64,000 nt of DNA from Patescibacteria group bacterium (GCA_020148045.1 JAHCRG010000003.1:34087-98086), one strand, 5' to 3'; shown: positions 46,454 through 56,980, numbered from the stretch's first letter. The notes: a model not told the origin generated them from the sequence alone. Made by a program: numbers and translations.

Positions 46454-47749
46454 ATGAGAAAACCCAAGTTTCAACGTCCAACCGGGATGCGCGATATATT
46501 ACCAGAAGAGCAGAAATATTATCAAAAGATTTATGATATAGTTTCCAATATTGCTGATTTTTATGGATTTGGAAAAATTGATACTCCCATTGTTGAAGAA
46601 ACAGAGCTTTTTTCCAAAGGGATTGGATTGGCCACTGACATTGTAAAAAAGCAAATGTATAGTTTAAAAACCAAAGGAGGAGATTCTTTGAGTTTGAGAC
46701 CAGAATGGACTGCTCCGGTAGTTAGGGCTTATATTGAAAATGGCATGCAAAACTTGCCTCAACCATTAAAACTTTGGTATTTTGGCCCTTGTTATCGCCA
46801 TGAACGGCCCCAGGCTGACAGATACCGTCAATTTTGGCAATTCGGCTTCGAGGTTTTAGGAGAAAAAAGTCCGGTAATAGACGCTCAGATTATCCAGATT
46901 TTTTATAATATTTTGCGAGAACTTAAATTAAAGAATTTAATTGTTGAGGTAAATAGTATTGGAGATAGTAATTGCCGGCCCTACTATAAAAAACTTTTAG
47001 CAAATTATTTCAGGACAAGGGAAGCCTCATTGTGTGCTGATTGTAAAAAACGGCTTAGAGAAAATGTTTTAAGAATTTTAGATTGCAAAGAAGAAAAATG
47101 CCAGCCCATAAAAGCTGAGGCGCCTCAGATACTTGACCATCTTTGTGAAGAATGCCACTCACATTTTAAAGAGGTTTTGGAATTTTTGGACGAAATTGAA
47201 ATACCTTATAATCTTAATCCTTATTTAGTTAGAGGCCTTGATTATTATACTAAAACTGTTTTTGAAATTTTTCCTGGGGCAGCTGAAAAGAAAGAAAGTT
47301 CCCAGAACGCTTTAGCAGGCGGGGGAAGATACGATAGGTTAGTTAAGCTTTTGGGGGGAAAGGAAACGTCAGCTTGCGGGGCGGCAGTCGGAATAGAAAG
47401 AATTATAAATTTGATGAAGTCCCAAGAGATAAAACGGGCGGATAAAGAAGCTGAAGCTCAGATATTTTTAGCTCAACTTGGTAATTTAGCAAAGAGGAAA
47501 AGTTTGAAGCTTTTGGAAGATTTTAGAAAAGCAAAAATAAGGGTTGCTGAATCTTTTGGTAGGGATTCTTTAAAAGCCCAGTTGAGCAGAGCTGATAAAG
47601 TTGGAGCAAGATATACTCTTATTCTTGGACAGAAAGAATCTTTGGAAGGGATAATTATAATCAGAGATATGAAGAGCGGGAAGCAGGAAATAGTGAAGCT
47701 GGATAAAGTAGTAGCAACGATGAGAAAGAAACTAAAGAAATCATCTTAA
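46454..47749 (+). CDS. hisS: histidyl-tRNA synthetase
   Basis: RPTGMRDILPEE N-terminus, class II motifs, and C-terminal anticodon-binding domain. Confidence 0.85.
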   Translation: MRKPKFQRPTGMRDILPEEQKYYQKIYDIVSNIADFYGFGKIDTPIVEETELFSKGIGLATDIVKKQMYSLKTKGGDSLSLRPEWTAPVVRAYIENGMQNLPQPLKLWYFGPCYRHERPQADRYRQFWQFGFEVLGEKSPVIDAQIIQIFYNILRELKLKNLIVEVNSIGDSNCRPYYKKLLANYFRTREASLCADCKKRLRENVLRILDCKEEKCQPIKAEAPQILDHLCEECHSHFKEVLEFLDEIEIPYNLNPYLVRGLDYYTKTVFEIFPGAAEKKESSQNALAGGGRYDRLVKLLGGKETSACGAAVGIERIINLMKSQEIKRADKEAEAQIFLAQLGNLAKRKSLKLLEDFRKAKIRVAESFGRDSLKAQLSRADKVGARYTLILGQKESLEGIIIIRDMKSGKQEIVKLDKVVATMRKKLKKSS

Positions 47750-47814
47750 CATTTTAGCATTTAAACATCTAAACATTCTGAATTTGAATTTTGTTTAAAT
47801 GTTAATATGTTTAT

Positions 47815-48150
47815 ATGACGAGAGATTGTATTTTTTGTAAAATTGCAAATAAGGAGATACCCAAAGATTTTGTTTATGAAGACGAAAAAATTATGGCCTT
47901 TGAAGATATTAATCCCAAGGCCCCGGTCCACCTTTTAATTATTCCTAAAAAACACATTCCTTCAGTGGACCATCTTGGAGTTGAAGATAAAACATTAATG
48001 GGGGAGATAATTTTAACTGCCAAAAAAATAGCCAAAGAAAAAGACTTAAAGGGCTATAAATTAATAATTAATGTTGGCAGGAGCGCTGGGCAGCTAATTG
48101 ACCATTTACATTTGCATCTCTTAGCTGGAAGACCAATGAGGATGCCTTGA
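47815..48150 (+). CDS. HIT family protein (Hint-like)
   Basis: CIFCKI…HLHLHLL histidine triad. Confidence 0.8.
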   Translation: MTRDCIFCKIANKEIPKDFVYEDEKIMAFEDINPKAPVHLLIIPKKHIPSVDHLGVEDKTLMGEIILTAKKIAKEKDLKGYKLIINVGRSAGQLIDHLHLHLLAGRPMRMP

Positions 48151-48153
48151 AAT

Positions 48154-48372
48154 ATGCCTTTAGAAATAAAAAAAGAAGAGAGAGAAACATCACAGAGCTT
48201 AGTTCGCCGCTTTTCAAGAAGAATGAAACAAAGCGGGATTTTGCTTCGGGCCAGAAAAACCCGTTTTAGGGGAAGAGCAAAAAGTCGTCAGATGAAAAAA
48301 AGATCAGCTCTGAGAAGAGAACAATTGAAAAGAGAATACGAGAAATTAGAAAAATTAGGTAAGCCCCGTTAG
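48154..48372 (+). CDS. rpsU: 30S ribosomal protein S21
   Basis: Basic 72-aa protein with …LVRRFSRRMKQSGIL…RKTRFRGRAKSRQMKKRSALRR. Confidence 0.8.
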   Translation: MPLEIKKEERETSQSLVRRFSRRMKQSGILLRARKTRFRGRAKSRQMKKRSALRREQLKREYEKLEKLGKPR

Positions 48373-48398
48373 AAATCTTTGACTTCTAACGGGGTAAG
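48364..48398 (+). terminator. hairpin CCCCGTTAGAA-atctttgac-TTCTAACGGGG after rpsU
   Basis: 11-bp perfect stem; contains the recurring CTAACGGGGTA motif. Confidence 0.4.
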
Positions 48399-48405
48399 CA
48401 GATTA

Positions 48406-48912
48406 ATGCTAAAAGATAAAATTCAAAGCGATCTTAATCAAGCTCTTAAAAGAGGTGATGAAATCACCTGTTCTACTCTGCGGATGCTTTTGGCTGCTAT
48501 TTTGAGTAAGGAAAAGGAAAAGAGATATAAAATTTCCAAAGAGGAGCCAGAATTAACTGAGAAAGAACTTGCTGAGAAATCTAATTTAACAGACGAGGAA
48601 GTAATTGAAGTTATTTCTTCTGAGATTAAAAAAAGAAAAGAAGCGATTTTAGGATTTGAGAAAGGCGAAAGAAAAGAGCTTGCTGAAAAAGAAAAAGCAG
48701 AAATGGAAGTTTTAGAAAAGTATTTGCCAGAGCAGCTCTCGGAACAAGAAATTAAAAGAATAGCTAAAGAAGTTATTGAAAAAGTTGGGGCTACGGAAAT
48801 AAAAGATATGGGAAGGGTGATGGCAGAGATGATGCCTCAAGTTAGAGGAAAAGCAGATGGAGGACTAGTAAGTAAAGTTGTAAAAGAGTTATTAACCACA
48901 GAAGAGACATAA
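48406..48912 (+). CDS. GatB/YqeY domain protein
   Basis: MLKDKIQSDLNQALKRGDE…TLRMLLAAI… is the YqeY pattern. Start moved to 48406 because the ORF-track start lies inside the hairpin. Confidence 0.65.
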   Translation: MLKDKIQSDLNQALKRGDEITCSTLRMLLAAILSKEKEKRYKISKEEPELTEKELAEKSNLTDEEVIEVISSEIKKRKEAILGFEKGERKELAEKEKAEMEVLEKYLPEQLSEQEIKRIAKEVIEKVGATEIKDMGRVMAEMMPQVRGKADGGLVSKVVKELLTTEET

Positions 48913-48914
48913 AT

Positions 48915-49637
48915 ATGGAAAATCAACAGGTTTCATCTCTAGTTGGGCCAGGTGAATTATTAAGGAAAACCTTTCAGATTTATAAAAGTAGGATTGGAGT
49001 TTTTCTTGGAATAGCGGTTATCCCCTTTCTTGTTTATTTGCTTTTTATCCCCTTTTTTCTTTTGCCTTTATTTTTTAATTTATCATTTATTGCCTTTTAT
49101 AAATCCTTAGGCCTTATTTTGTTACCCCTTACCTTGTCAGTAATGATTGTTTTGGGGATTATGGCGTTTGTTGTTAATCTTTGGGCGTCTATAGCTTTGC
49201 TCTATGCTATCAAAGAAAGAGATCAGAAAATTGGCATTAAAGAATCATTTACTAAGGGTTGGTCTAAAATACTTTCCTATTGGTGGATTTCTATTTTGGT
49301 TGGGCTTATTACAATGGTGGGTTTTTTGCTTTTTATTATTCCTGGAATTATCTTTAGTCTTTGGTTTAGTTTAGCGGGCTATGTTTTAGTCTCAGAAGAT
49401 ATAAAAGGAATGAAGGCTCTTTTTAGAAGTAAGCAATTAATAAAAGGATATTGGTGGAAGGTTTTTTGGAGATATCTGGCGCTAACTTTTCTTATTATCT
49501 TAGTTCTTTGCATTGTTGGATTCATTCCTTTTGTTAGAAATATTATTTACATATTTATTACCCCGTTCTCTGTTACTTTCAGCTTCTTAATTTATGAGAA
49601 CCTAAAACAATTAAAATGCTCGAAATTAACAACTTAA
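48915..49637 (+). CDS. hypothetical polytopic membrane protein
   Basis: Six or more hydrophobic segments. Confidence 0.3.
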   Translation: MENQQVSSLVGPGELLRKTFQIYKSRIGVFLGIAVIPFLVYLLFIPFFLLPLFFNLSFIAFYKSLGLILLPLTLSVMIVLGIMAFVVNLWASIALLYAIKERDQKIGIKESFTKGWSKILSYWWISILVGLITMVGFLLFIIPGIIFSLWFSLAGYVLVSEDIKGMKALFRSKQLIKGYWWKVFWRYLALTFLIILVLCIVGFIPFVRNIIYIFITPFSVTFSFLIYENLKQLKCSKLTT

Positions 49638-50008
49638 CTACCAGTTCTGTTGATGAGGAATTTTTAAAAGGGGTTGCAAAAAAAGTTTTAAAAGGTGAAG
49701 ATAGAAAAGAAGTTGGTTTATCTATCGTTTTCGTTGGCCAGGGGAAAATGAGAAAACTAAATAAGAAATATCGGGGCAAGAACAAGGTAACGGATGTTTT
49801 ATCTTTTGATAATGGATTAAATGAGATTGTTATTTGCCTCAGGGAGGTTAAGAAGAATGCTAAGAGATATAATTCAACATTTAAAAAAGAATTAGCTCAG
49901 GTTTTAATTCACGGTATTTTACATCTTTTGGGTTATGAGCACGAAAAAACTAAAAAAGAAGCTGAGGTAATGGAGAATAAACAAAGTTATTATTTATCTC
50001 AAATTTAA
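49616..50008 (+). CDS. ybeY: rRNA maturation endoribonuclease YbeY
   Basis: HGILHLLGYEH zinc motif. Confidence 0.8.
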   Translation: MLEINNLTTSSVDEEFLKGVAKKVLKGEDRKEVGLSIVFVGQGKMRKLNKKYRGKNKVTDVLSFDNGLNEIVICLREVKKNAKRYNSTFKKELAQVLIHGILHLLGYEHEKTKKEAEVMENKQSYYLSQI

Positions 50009-50011
50009 TTT

Positions 50012-51220
50012 ATGCCAAGGCCTTACATTATAACTGCTTTAGATATTGGCTCAGGTAGTATAAAGCTGCTTACTGTTTCTAAAAAACCCGGGGAAGCAGA
50101 TTTTGAAATTTTGAGCTATAACCAGCAAGCTTCTTTGGGAATTAGAAAAGGAGTGGTGATTGATGTTCCCAAAGTAGCAGAAATTGTTTCTTCTTTAAAG
50201 GAAAAAGCTGAGCAAGATTGTGGCCGAAGAATAGACAACGTTTATGCCAGCATTGGAGGAGGGCATATATTTTGCACTTCTTCTCGAGGATTAGTTTCTG
50301 TTTCTCGAGCCGACCAAAAAATTTCAGAAGAAGATATTGCAAGGGTTTTACAGGCTGCCCAGGCTATTTCTCTTCCTTCAAATAAAGAAATTATTGAAGT
50401 TTTCCCCAAAGAGTTTATTGTTGATGGAGAGGGAGGGGTGAGGGAGGCGATAGGAATGGAAGGAGTAAGATTAGAAGCAGAAACATTGATTCTTTGTGGC
50501 TTTTCTCCTTATTTAAAAAATTCCAGCCAAAGTATTTTAAATTCCGGTTTCCAGATTAACTATTTATTTCCTGATCCTTTAGCTAGCGCCCGGGCAGTCC
50601 TAACTCCCCGAGAAAAAGAATTGGGAGTTTGCGTTTTAGATATTGGAGCCGGGACTACCGGATTAGCAGTATTTGAAGAAGGGAATTTAATCCATACCGC
50701 TGTTTTTCCTATCGGGTCAGGTCATATTACCGGTGACATTGCCATTTGCCTCAAAACAGATATTGATACCGCAGAAAAAATAAAGTTGGAATTTGGAAGT
50801 TGCCTGGCGTCTTCTAAAGAGAAAAAGAAAATAAAAATTGAGCAGGAAGAGCCACTTATTTTTTCAAAAAAAGCATTAGCAGATATTATTGAAGCTCGAG
50901 TTTCGGAAATTTTCGCGATATCTAATAAAGAATTAAAGAAAATTTCTCGTCAAAGATTACTTCCGGCTGGAGTAGTTTTAACCGGAGGAGGAGCAAAGCT
51001 ACCAGGGATTAGAGAATTGACGAAAAAAGAATTAAAACTGCCCTGTCGCATTGGAGTTTCCCAAGTTTCTCCCGCCTTTCAAGAGGACCCGAGCTTATCT
51101 ACTCTTTATGGATTAATTTTAGAAGGAGTTGATTCGGAAGAGGAACAAGGGAATTTTCCAAGCTCTAGAAAAGGAATTAAAAATAAATTAAAAAAGATAT
51201 TTAGAGTTTTTATACCATAG
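50012..51220 (+). CDS. ftsA: cell division protein FtsA
   Basis: ALDIGSGSIKLL actin-fold phosphate-1 motif…VLDIGAGTT…LTGGGAKLPGI. Confidence 0.8.
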   Translation: MPRPYIITALDIGSGSIKLLTVSKKPGEADFEILSYNQQASLGIRKGVVIDVPKVAEIVSSLKEKAEQDCGRRIDNVYASIGGGHIFCTSSRGLVSVSRADQKISEEDIARVLQAAQAISLPSNKEIIEVFPKEFIVDGEGGVREAIGMEGVRLEAETLILCGFSPYLKNSSQSILNSGFQINYLFPDPLASARAVLTPREKELGVCVLDIGAGTTGLAVFEEGNLIHTAVFPIGSGHITGDIAICLKTDIDTAEKIKLEFGSCLASSKEKKKIKIEQEEPLIFSKKALADIIEARVSEIFAISNKELKKISRQRLLPAGVVLTGGGAKLPGIRELTKKELKLPCRIGVSQVSPAFQEDPSLSTLYGLILEGVDSEEEQGNFPSSRKGIKNKLKKIFRVFIP

Positions 51221-51223
51221 ACC

Positions 51224-52153
51224 ATGACTTCAAATACAAAAATTAAAGTAGTTGGAGTGGGAGGTTCAGGGTCAAATGTAATTTCCCGGATGATGAGGTG
51301 TAAAATTAAAGGTGTGGAATTAGTTGCCGTAAATGCTGATGCCCAAGACCTTCAGAGAACTAAAGCCCATCAGAAAATTCGGATTGGCAAAAATTTAACC
51401 AAGGGTTTAGGAACAGGGATGAATCCTGAAACAGGGAAGGAGGCAGCTAAAGAACAAAGAGAGGAAATTCAAGAAGTTTTAAGCGGCTCAGATATGCTTT
51501 TTATTACTTGCGGTATGGGCGGCGGCTGTGGAAGCGGGGCTTCTCCTATTGTGGCTGATATCGCTAAAAAATCAGGAGCCTTAACACTGGCTGTAGTTAC
51601 CAAGCCCTTTTCTTTTGAGGGAATTCAACGGATGGAAATTGCTCGGGATAGTTTGAGAAAACTTAGAGGAAAAGTTGACACTTTAATTAGTATTTCCAAT
51701 GATAAGTTACTTTCAATCTTAGAACCAAAAACTACAGTTTTAAATGCTTTTTGGGTTTGTGACGAAATTTTAAGACAGGCAGTTCAGGGGATTTCTGATT
51801 TGATTGTCCTGCCTGGAATAATTAATATTGATTTTGCTGATGTTAAAGCAATTATGAAGGACTCTGGCTCTGCCCTGTTTGGCATAGGAAAAGCTACGGG
51901 CTCAGAGCGAGCAAAAGAGGCAGCTCAGAAAGCTCTTAGTTCTCCTTTGCTTGGTTTGTCTTGCAAAGGAGCAAAGGGAGTTTTATTTAATGTTTCTGGA
52001 GGCAAAGATATTAGTTTGTCTGAAATAGATGAGGTGGCTAAAATTATCACTCAGGAGGTTTCTCCAGAAGCAAAAGTAATTTTTGGAGCAATTCAGAATG
52101 AGAAACTAAAAAAAGGAGAGATAAAAGTGACGGTAATCGCCACAGGGTTCTAA
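51224..52153 (+). CDS. ftsZ: cell division GTPase FtsZ
   Basis: GVGGSGSNV…TCGMGGGCGSGASPIVA tubulin signature. Confidence 0.9.
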   Translation: MTSNTKIKVVGVGGSGSNVISRMMRCKIKGVELVAVNADAQDLQRTKAHQKIRIGKNLTKGLGTGMNPETGKEAAKEQREEIQEVLSGSDMLFITCGMGGGCGSGASPIVADIAKKSGALTLAVVTKPFSFEGIQRMEIARDSLRKLRGKVDTLISISNDKLLSILEPKTTVLNAFWVCDEILRQAVQGISDLIVLPGIINIDFADVKAIMKDSGSALFGIGKATGSERAKEAAQKALSSPLLGLSCKGAKGVLFNVSGGKDISLSEIDEVAKIITQEVSPEAKVIFGAIQNEKLKKGEIKVTVIATGF

Positions 52154-52185
52154 AAAAGAGAAATTAGGGACTTATCCACAGTTTT

Positions 52186-52220
52186 TGGTTTCTAACGGGG
52201 CTTGACCCGTTTTTTTTATG
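52186..52220 (+). terminator. intrinsic terminator after ftsZ (AACGGGGcttgaCCCGTT + T8)
   Basis: Hairpin plus TTTTTTTT. Confidence 0.6.
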
Positions 52221-52250
52221 AGTTAAAATAGAATAATTGATTTTTAATTC

Positions 52251-52323
52251 AAGACTATATATTTATATACCTTAGCGAATCAAGGTTCTGAAACGCGAGA
52301 GCGTTTCATGGTTCTTATTTTTT
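52251..52323 (+). promoter_or_regulatory. conserved promoter/leader motif copy B, immediately upstream of nrdD
   Basis: See copy A at 18894..18952. Confidence 0.5.
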
Positions 52324-54465
52324 ATGAAAAATAGAATTACCAAAGTTCACCTTCCAAAATTTTCCAAAAGAAAAATTACGAAGGTAAAAAAAAGGGATGA
52401 GACGATTGTAGATTTTGAGCAAGAAAAAATTACTGATGCTATTTTTAAAGCCATAACTGCAACTGGTCAGGGCGATGGGAAAAGGTCAAAAAAACTTTCA
52501 GATAGGGTGGTTAAATTTTTAAATCGTCGCTTTAAAAAAGATGAAATTCCTCAAGTAGAACAGATTCAGGACATTGTTGAGGAAGTTTTAATTTTGGATG
52601 GCTTAGTTGAGACCGCCCGAGCATATATTCTATACCGTGAGCAAAGAAGAAGAATCCGCGAGGCAGTAGCAGTTGTTGATGAGTCAAGCGAAAGGATTGA
52701 TAAATATTTGCAAGAACTTGATTGGCAGGTTTACGAAAACGCTAATATGACTTTTTCTTTGCAGGGTTTGAATCAATATGCAATTACAGATATTTCTAAG
52801 AAATATTGGTTAAACAAAATTTATCCTAAAGAGATAAGAGAAGCGGCTCTTAACGAAGATTTCCATATCCATGATTTAGAAAGTATTAGTACATATTGTA
52901 TGGGTTGGGATCTTTATGATTTACTAAAGAGAGGATTTAGAGGGGTGTCAGGAAAACTGGAATGCCGTCCAGCAAAACATTTCAGAACAGCTTTAGGTCA
53001 GTTGGTAAATTTCTTCTATACAGTCCAAGGTGAGTCGGCAGGTGCGCAAGCTGTTTCTAATTTTGATACACTCCTTGCTCCTTTTATCCGTTATGATGGT
53101 TTAAGCTACCCTCAGGTTAAACAAGCAATGCAGGAATTTTTATATAATTGTATGGTGCCCACTCGAGTTGGTTTCCAGACCCCTTTCTTAAATGTAACTC
53201 TTGATATTAAGCCACCCTCTTTTCTGGCTAAGCAGCCAGTAATTATTGGAGGCGAGCCCCAAAAAGAGACCTATGGCGAGTTTCAGGAAGAGATGGATAT
53301 GTTTATTCGGACTTTTTACGAAGAATTAATGGAAGGTGATGCTAAAGGAAGACCTTTTACATTTCCTATTCCAACAGTTTCCATAACTAAAGATTTTGAT
53401 TGGGATAATCCGGCTCTAAATCCTTTGTGGGAGGCAACCGCAAAGTACGGGGTTAATTATTTCCAGAATTTCATTCAATCAGATATGCGTCCAGAGGATT
53501 TCCGTTCGATGTGTTGCCGGCTTCGTTTGTCAAAGAAAGAACTCTATATGAGAGGAGGAGGATTGTTTGGATCACAGCCCTTAACAGGAAGCTTGGGTGT
53601 AGTAACTATAAATCTGTCCCGGATTGGTTATCTTTCTAAAACCAAAAAAGAGTTTTTTGAAAGATTAGAGAATCTAATGGACTTAGCTAAAGAGAGTTTG
53701 GAAATTAAGAGGAAAGCTTTAGATAATTTTATGGAAAAAGGCCTCTATCCTTATTCAAAATTTTATTTAGCTTCGGTTAAAAAAATACGAAATTCTTACC
53801 TTGGAAACCACTTTTCAACTATTGGGTTAATAGGGATGAATGAAGCTCTTTTGAATTTTATTGGAGAGGATGTAGGTTCTCGTCGGGGAAAAAGGTTTGC
53901 TTTTGAACTTTTGGATTTTATGCGGGAAAGATTAATTAAATATCAGGAGGAAACCGGGAATTTATATAATCTTGAAGCTACTCCTGGCGAGGGGACGAGC
54001 TATCGTCAGGCAAAAGCTGACAAAGACGAATATCCGGATATTGTTACTGCCGGTACAAAAGAAGCACCGTATTATACAAACTCCTCTCAACTGCCGGTTA
54101 ACTATACTGATGATATTTTTGATGCCTTAAAACTCCAAGATGAACTTCAATGTAAATATACAGGAGGCACAGTTCTCCATATATTTTTGGGCGAAAGGAT
54201 TCATGATTCCCAGATGGCTAAAAATTTAGTTAAAAAAGTTTTTGAGAATTTCCATTTACCTTATATTACTTTGACCCCAACCTTTTCAATCTGTCCTAGT
54301 CATGGTTATTTGACTGGAGAACACTTTTATTGCCCGAAATGCACAATCAAGCAGCCTTGCGAGGTTTATTCAAGAATTGTGGGGTACATTCGTCCCGTGT
54401 CCCAATGGCATATTGGCAAGCGCCGGGAATTTAAAGAGAGGAAAGAGTTTAAAATAAAAGTATAA
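52324..54465 (+). CDS. nrdD: anaerobic ribonucleoside-triphosphate reductase (class III)
   Basis: ATP-cone N-terminus, CCRLRL thiyl region, C-terminal C4 zinc (CPSHG…CPKC) and glycyl-radical motif RIVGY. Confidence 0.85.
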   Translation: MKNRITKVHLPKFSKRKITKVKKRDETIVDFEQEKITDAIFKAITATGQGDGKRSKKLSDRVVKFLNRRFKKDEIPQVEQIQDIVEEVLILDGLVETARAYILYREQRRRIREAVAVVDESSERIDKYLQELDWQVYENANMTFSLQGLNQYAITDISKKYWLNKIYPKEIREAALNEDFHIHDLESISTYCMGWDLYDLLKRGFRGVSGKLECRPAKHFRTALGQLVNFFYTVQGESAGAQAVSNFDTLLAPFIRYDGLSYPQVKQAMQEFLYNCMVPTRVGFQTPFLNVTLDIKPPSFLAKQPVIIGGEPQKETYGEFQEEMDMFIRTFYEELMEGDAKGRPFTFPIPTVSITKDFDWDNPALNPLWEATAKYGVNYFQNFIQSDMRPEDFRSMCCRLRLSKKELYMRGGGLFGSQPLTGSLGVVTINLSRIGYLSKTKKEFFERLENLMDLAKESLEIKRKALDNFMEKGLYPYSKFYLASVKKIRNSYLGNHFSTIGLIGMNEALLNFIGEDVGSRRGKRFAFELLDFMRERLIKYQEETGNLYNLEATPGEGTSYRQAKADKDEYPDIVTAGTKEAPYYTNSSQLPVNYTDDIFDALKLQDELQCKYTGGTVLHIFLGERIHDSQMAKNLVKKVFENFHLPYITLTPTFSICPSHGYLTGEHFYCPKCTIKQPCEVYSRIVGYIRPVSQWHIGKRREFKERKEFKIKV

Positions 54466-54528
54466 TTACTTTCTAAGTATATCCCTGAACTCGTTGACTT
54501 TAAAGGGATTTTTTTATTTAATTAACTA

Positions 54529-55215
54529 ATGATTATAGGCGGATTACAAAAACTTACTTTAATAGATTATCCTGGCAAATTAGCTGCCACGGTTTTTCTG
54601 GCTGGCTGTAATTTTTGCTGTCCCTGGTGTTACAGTTCGGAGCTTGTTCTTCCAGAAAAAATTAAAAAGCAACCTAAAATCTCAGAGAAAGAATTTTTTG
54701 AGTTTTTAGAAGAACGAAAAGGATTATTGAAAGGAGTGACGGTCTGTGGAGGAGAGCCAACCATTAATAAAGATTTGCCAAATTTTGCCAAAGAAATAAA
54801 AAAACTTGGATATTCAGTAAAACTTGATACTAATGGCTCTAATCCAACGATGCTAAAAAAGTTAATTGATAATAATTTAATTGACTATGTAGCTATGGAT
54901 GTGAAACTTCCCAAGGAAAAATACTCAGAACTATATTCAAAAGTTGAAAATATAGAAAAAAGCATTAAAATATTGAAAGAAGACAAAATAGATTGTGAAT
55001 TTAGGACCACGGTAATACCTACTGTTTTGGAGAAAAAAGATATCTTGAAAATTGCCAGATGGATTTCCCCAGCTAAAAAATATTATCTTCAAAACTTTCG
55101 GCCAGAAAAAACCATTGACCCAAAATTTAAAAAAATAAAACCTTATTCTGAAAAATATCTCTCGGAGATTAAAAAAGCAATTTCTCCATTTTTTGAAGTT
55201 TGTCAAATTAGATAA
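54529..55215 (+). CDS. nrdG: anaerobic RNR activating protein (radical SAM)
   Basis: AGCNFCCPWC CxxxCxxC and GGEPT. Confidence 0.8.
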   Translation: MIIGGLQKLTLIDYPGKLAATVFLAGCNFCCPWCYSSELVLPEKIKKQPKISEKEFFEFLEERKGLLKGVTVCGGEPTINKDLPNFAKEIKKLGYSVKLDTNGSNPTMLKKLIDNNLIDYVAMDVKLPKEKYSELYSKVENIEKSIKILKEDKIDCEFRTTVIPTVLEKKDILKIARWISPAKKYYLQNFRPEKTIDPKFKKIKPYSEKYLSEIKKAISPFFEVCQIR

Positions 55216-55254
55216 AAACAGGCCGAGCTTTTAGATAAACCCGGCCTTTTCGTT

Positions 55255-55330
55255 GGCTGTGCTCTACGACTAATTCACTTTTGTTTTTCTTCTTTACTTA
55301 GTAAAAGTGAGTACTTGCCGTAGCCAGCCG
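55255..55330. repeat. imperfect ~76-bp palindrome GGCTGTGCTCTACGACTAATTCACTTTT…AAAAGTGAGTACTTGCCGTAGCCAGCC
   Basis: Shares the CTCTACGA core with the 37421 and 56768 palindromes. Confidence 0.4.
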
Positions 55331-55425
55331 TTTTCTCTTTACCATAATTAGATCCTCCTAAAAAGGTTAAAGAGAGAATTAAAGTTACTATATTTATTTT
55401 ATAATATATAAGTAAAAAGTAAACT

Positions 55426-56766
55426 GTGGATAAATCAAAGATTTTTTATTTTTGCTTTTGCTTTGTCTTTTTAATTTTAGGGATTTGGAGATACCAAGTG
55501 TTGGAATTAAGAATTAAGAATTATGAATTAAGAAAATATAACGATTCAGAAGAAGAAATTACTTTGATTGGGGCAGTAGTGAAGGAACCGGATGTTAGAG
55601 AAAATAATATAAAGCTTACAATACAAGTTGATAGGGGGAAGATTTTAGCAACAGTTGGACGTTATCCTGAGTATAAATACGGCGATGAATTAAAGATTAC
55701 AGGTAAGTTGCAAACTCCTCCTATTTTTGAAGATTTCAATTATAAAAATTATTTAGTTAAAGATGGAATCTATTCTGTGGTTTATTATCCAAAAGTTGAA
55801 TTGTTAAGTAGGGAAGAGTATAAAAACTTTATTTCTGCATCTTATGCAGGAATTTTATTTTTCAAAGATAAATTAAGACAAGGCGTTTACAGCTCATTAT
55901 CGCCTCCCAAAAGTTCAATTTTAGGAGCAATGCTTTTAGGAGATAAAAATAGAATGTCTCAGGATTTGAAAGAGAAATTAAATATTGCTGGTGTTCGTCA
56001 TATTACAGCAGTTTCCGGCATGCATGTTGTTATACTAAGCGGCATTTTAATGTCTTTGTTGCTCTGGCTGGGATTTTGGCGGGGCCAGGCATTTTATATT
56101 TCAATAATTATTATCTTTCTTTTTATTGCTATGACAGGATTTCAAGCATCTGGTGTCAGAGCAGGAATCATGGGTGGTTTATTTCTTCTAGGACAAAAAA
56201 TTGGCAGAAAATCTGTAAGTTCTCGGGCTATAGTAATGGCAGCAGGAATAATGCTTGTTATAAATCCTTTGCTTTTGTTGAATGATGTTGGTTTTCAACT
56301 TTCATTTTTAGCAGCAATGGGGATTATTTATTTATCCTCTACTTTTAGAAGATGGCTAAGGTTTATTCCCCAAAAGCTTGTTAGGTTAAAAGAGATTATA
56401 GCAATGACCTTTGCTGCCCAAATTTTCACTTTACCAATTTTGGTTTATAATTTCGGCAGGATATCTTTAGTAGCTCCTTTAACTAATGTTTTAATTCTAC
56501 CCTTTGTTTATTGGATTATGACTTTCGGCTTTATTTTTGGCTTGGCAGGAATACTCTGGCAACCCTTGGGAATGATTCTTTCTTTGCCTTGCTGGTTTTT
56601 ATTAACTTATCTAACAAAAATTGTAGATTTCTTTTCTCGGGCTGGGTGGGCAGCCAAAACTTTTGAAAACGTCCACTGGCTTTGGCTGATAATTTCTTAT
56701 CTAATTTTAGGCTTTCTGGCTTGGAGATTAAATAAAAGAGAAAAACTGAAATTCCTGAATTACTAA
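55426..56766 (+). CDS. comEC: ComEC/Rec2-like DNA internalisation channel (no C-terminal lactamase domain)
   Basis: DUF4131-like N-terminal OB region and competence domain …AGVRHITAVSGMHVVIL…. Confidence 0.7.
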   Translation: MDKSKIFYFCFCFVFLILGIWRYQVLELRIKNYELRKYNDSEEEITLIGAVVKEPDVRENNIKLTIQVDRGKILATVGRYPEYKYGDELKITGKLQTPPIFEDFNYKNYLVKDGIYSVVYYPKVELLSREEYKNFISASYAGILFFKDKLRQGVYSSLSPPKSSILGAMLLGDKNRMSQDLKEKLNIAGVRHITAVSGMHVVILSGILMSLLLWLGFWRGQAFYISIIIIFLFIAMTGFQASGVRAGIMGGLFLLGQKIGRKSVSSRAIVMAAGIMLVINPLLLLNDVGFQLSFLAAMGIIYLSSTFRRWLRFIPQKLVRLKEIIAMTFAAQIFTLPILVYNFGRISLVAPLTNVLILPFVYWIMTFGFIFGLAGILWQPLGMILSLPCWFLLTYLTKIVDFFSRAGWAAKTFENVHWLWLIISYLILGFLAWRLNKREKLKFLNY

Positions 56767-56767
56767 T

Positions 56768-56790
56768 CTCTACGAGAACTGTTCTCGTAG
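56768..56790. repeat. palindrome CTCTACGAGAACTGTTCTCGTAG
   Basis: Same element as in 37421-37458. Confidence 0.6.
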
Positions 56791-56797
56791 AATTCTT

Positions 56798-56839
56798 TAG
56801 AAAGAAAAAAGACCCGATAAGGATATAATCCTTACCGGG
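56798..56839 (-). terminator. minus-strand intrinsic terminator CCCGGTAAGGATtataATCCTTATCGGG + TCTTTTTTCTTTC
   Basis: 12-bp perfect stem with the T-run on the minus strand only. No annotated minus-strand gene, which implies an unannotated antisense transcript. Confidence 0.5.
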
Positions 56840-56878
56840 TTCCCGCATAACATTTCTTGAAGGAGGTTGATTAAAGAA

Positions 56879-56980
56879 ATGTATAGGACTAATATTTTAA
56901 AAGAACAACGAGGCAAGGAAAGGGCAAACCGTTTTAAAATCCCTTTCCTCACCGAGTACGAAGACCTATCTTTATTTTAA
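56879..56980 (+). CDS. candidate 33-aa small ORF with ideal RBS
   Basis: GAAGGAGGTTGATTAAAGAAATG; MYRTNILKEQRGKERANRFKIPFLTEYEDLSLF*. Confidence 0.25.
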   Translation: MYRTNILKEQRGKERANRFKIPFLTEYEDLSLF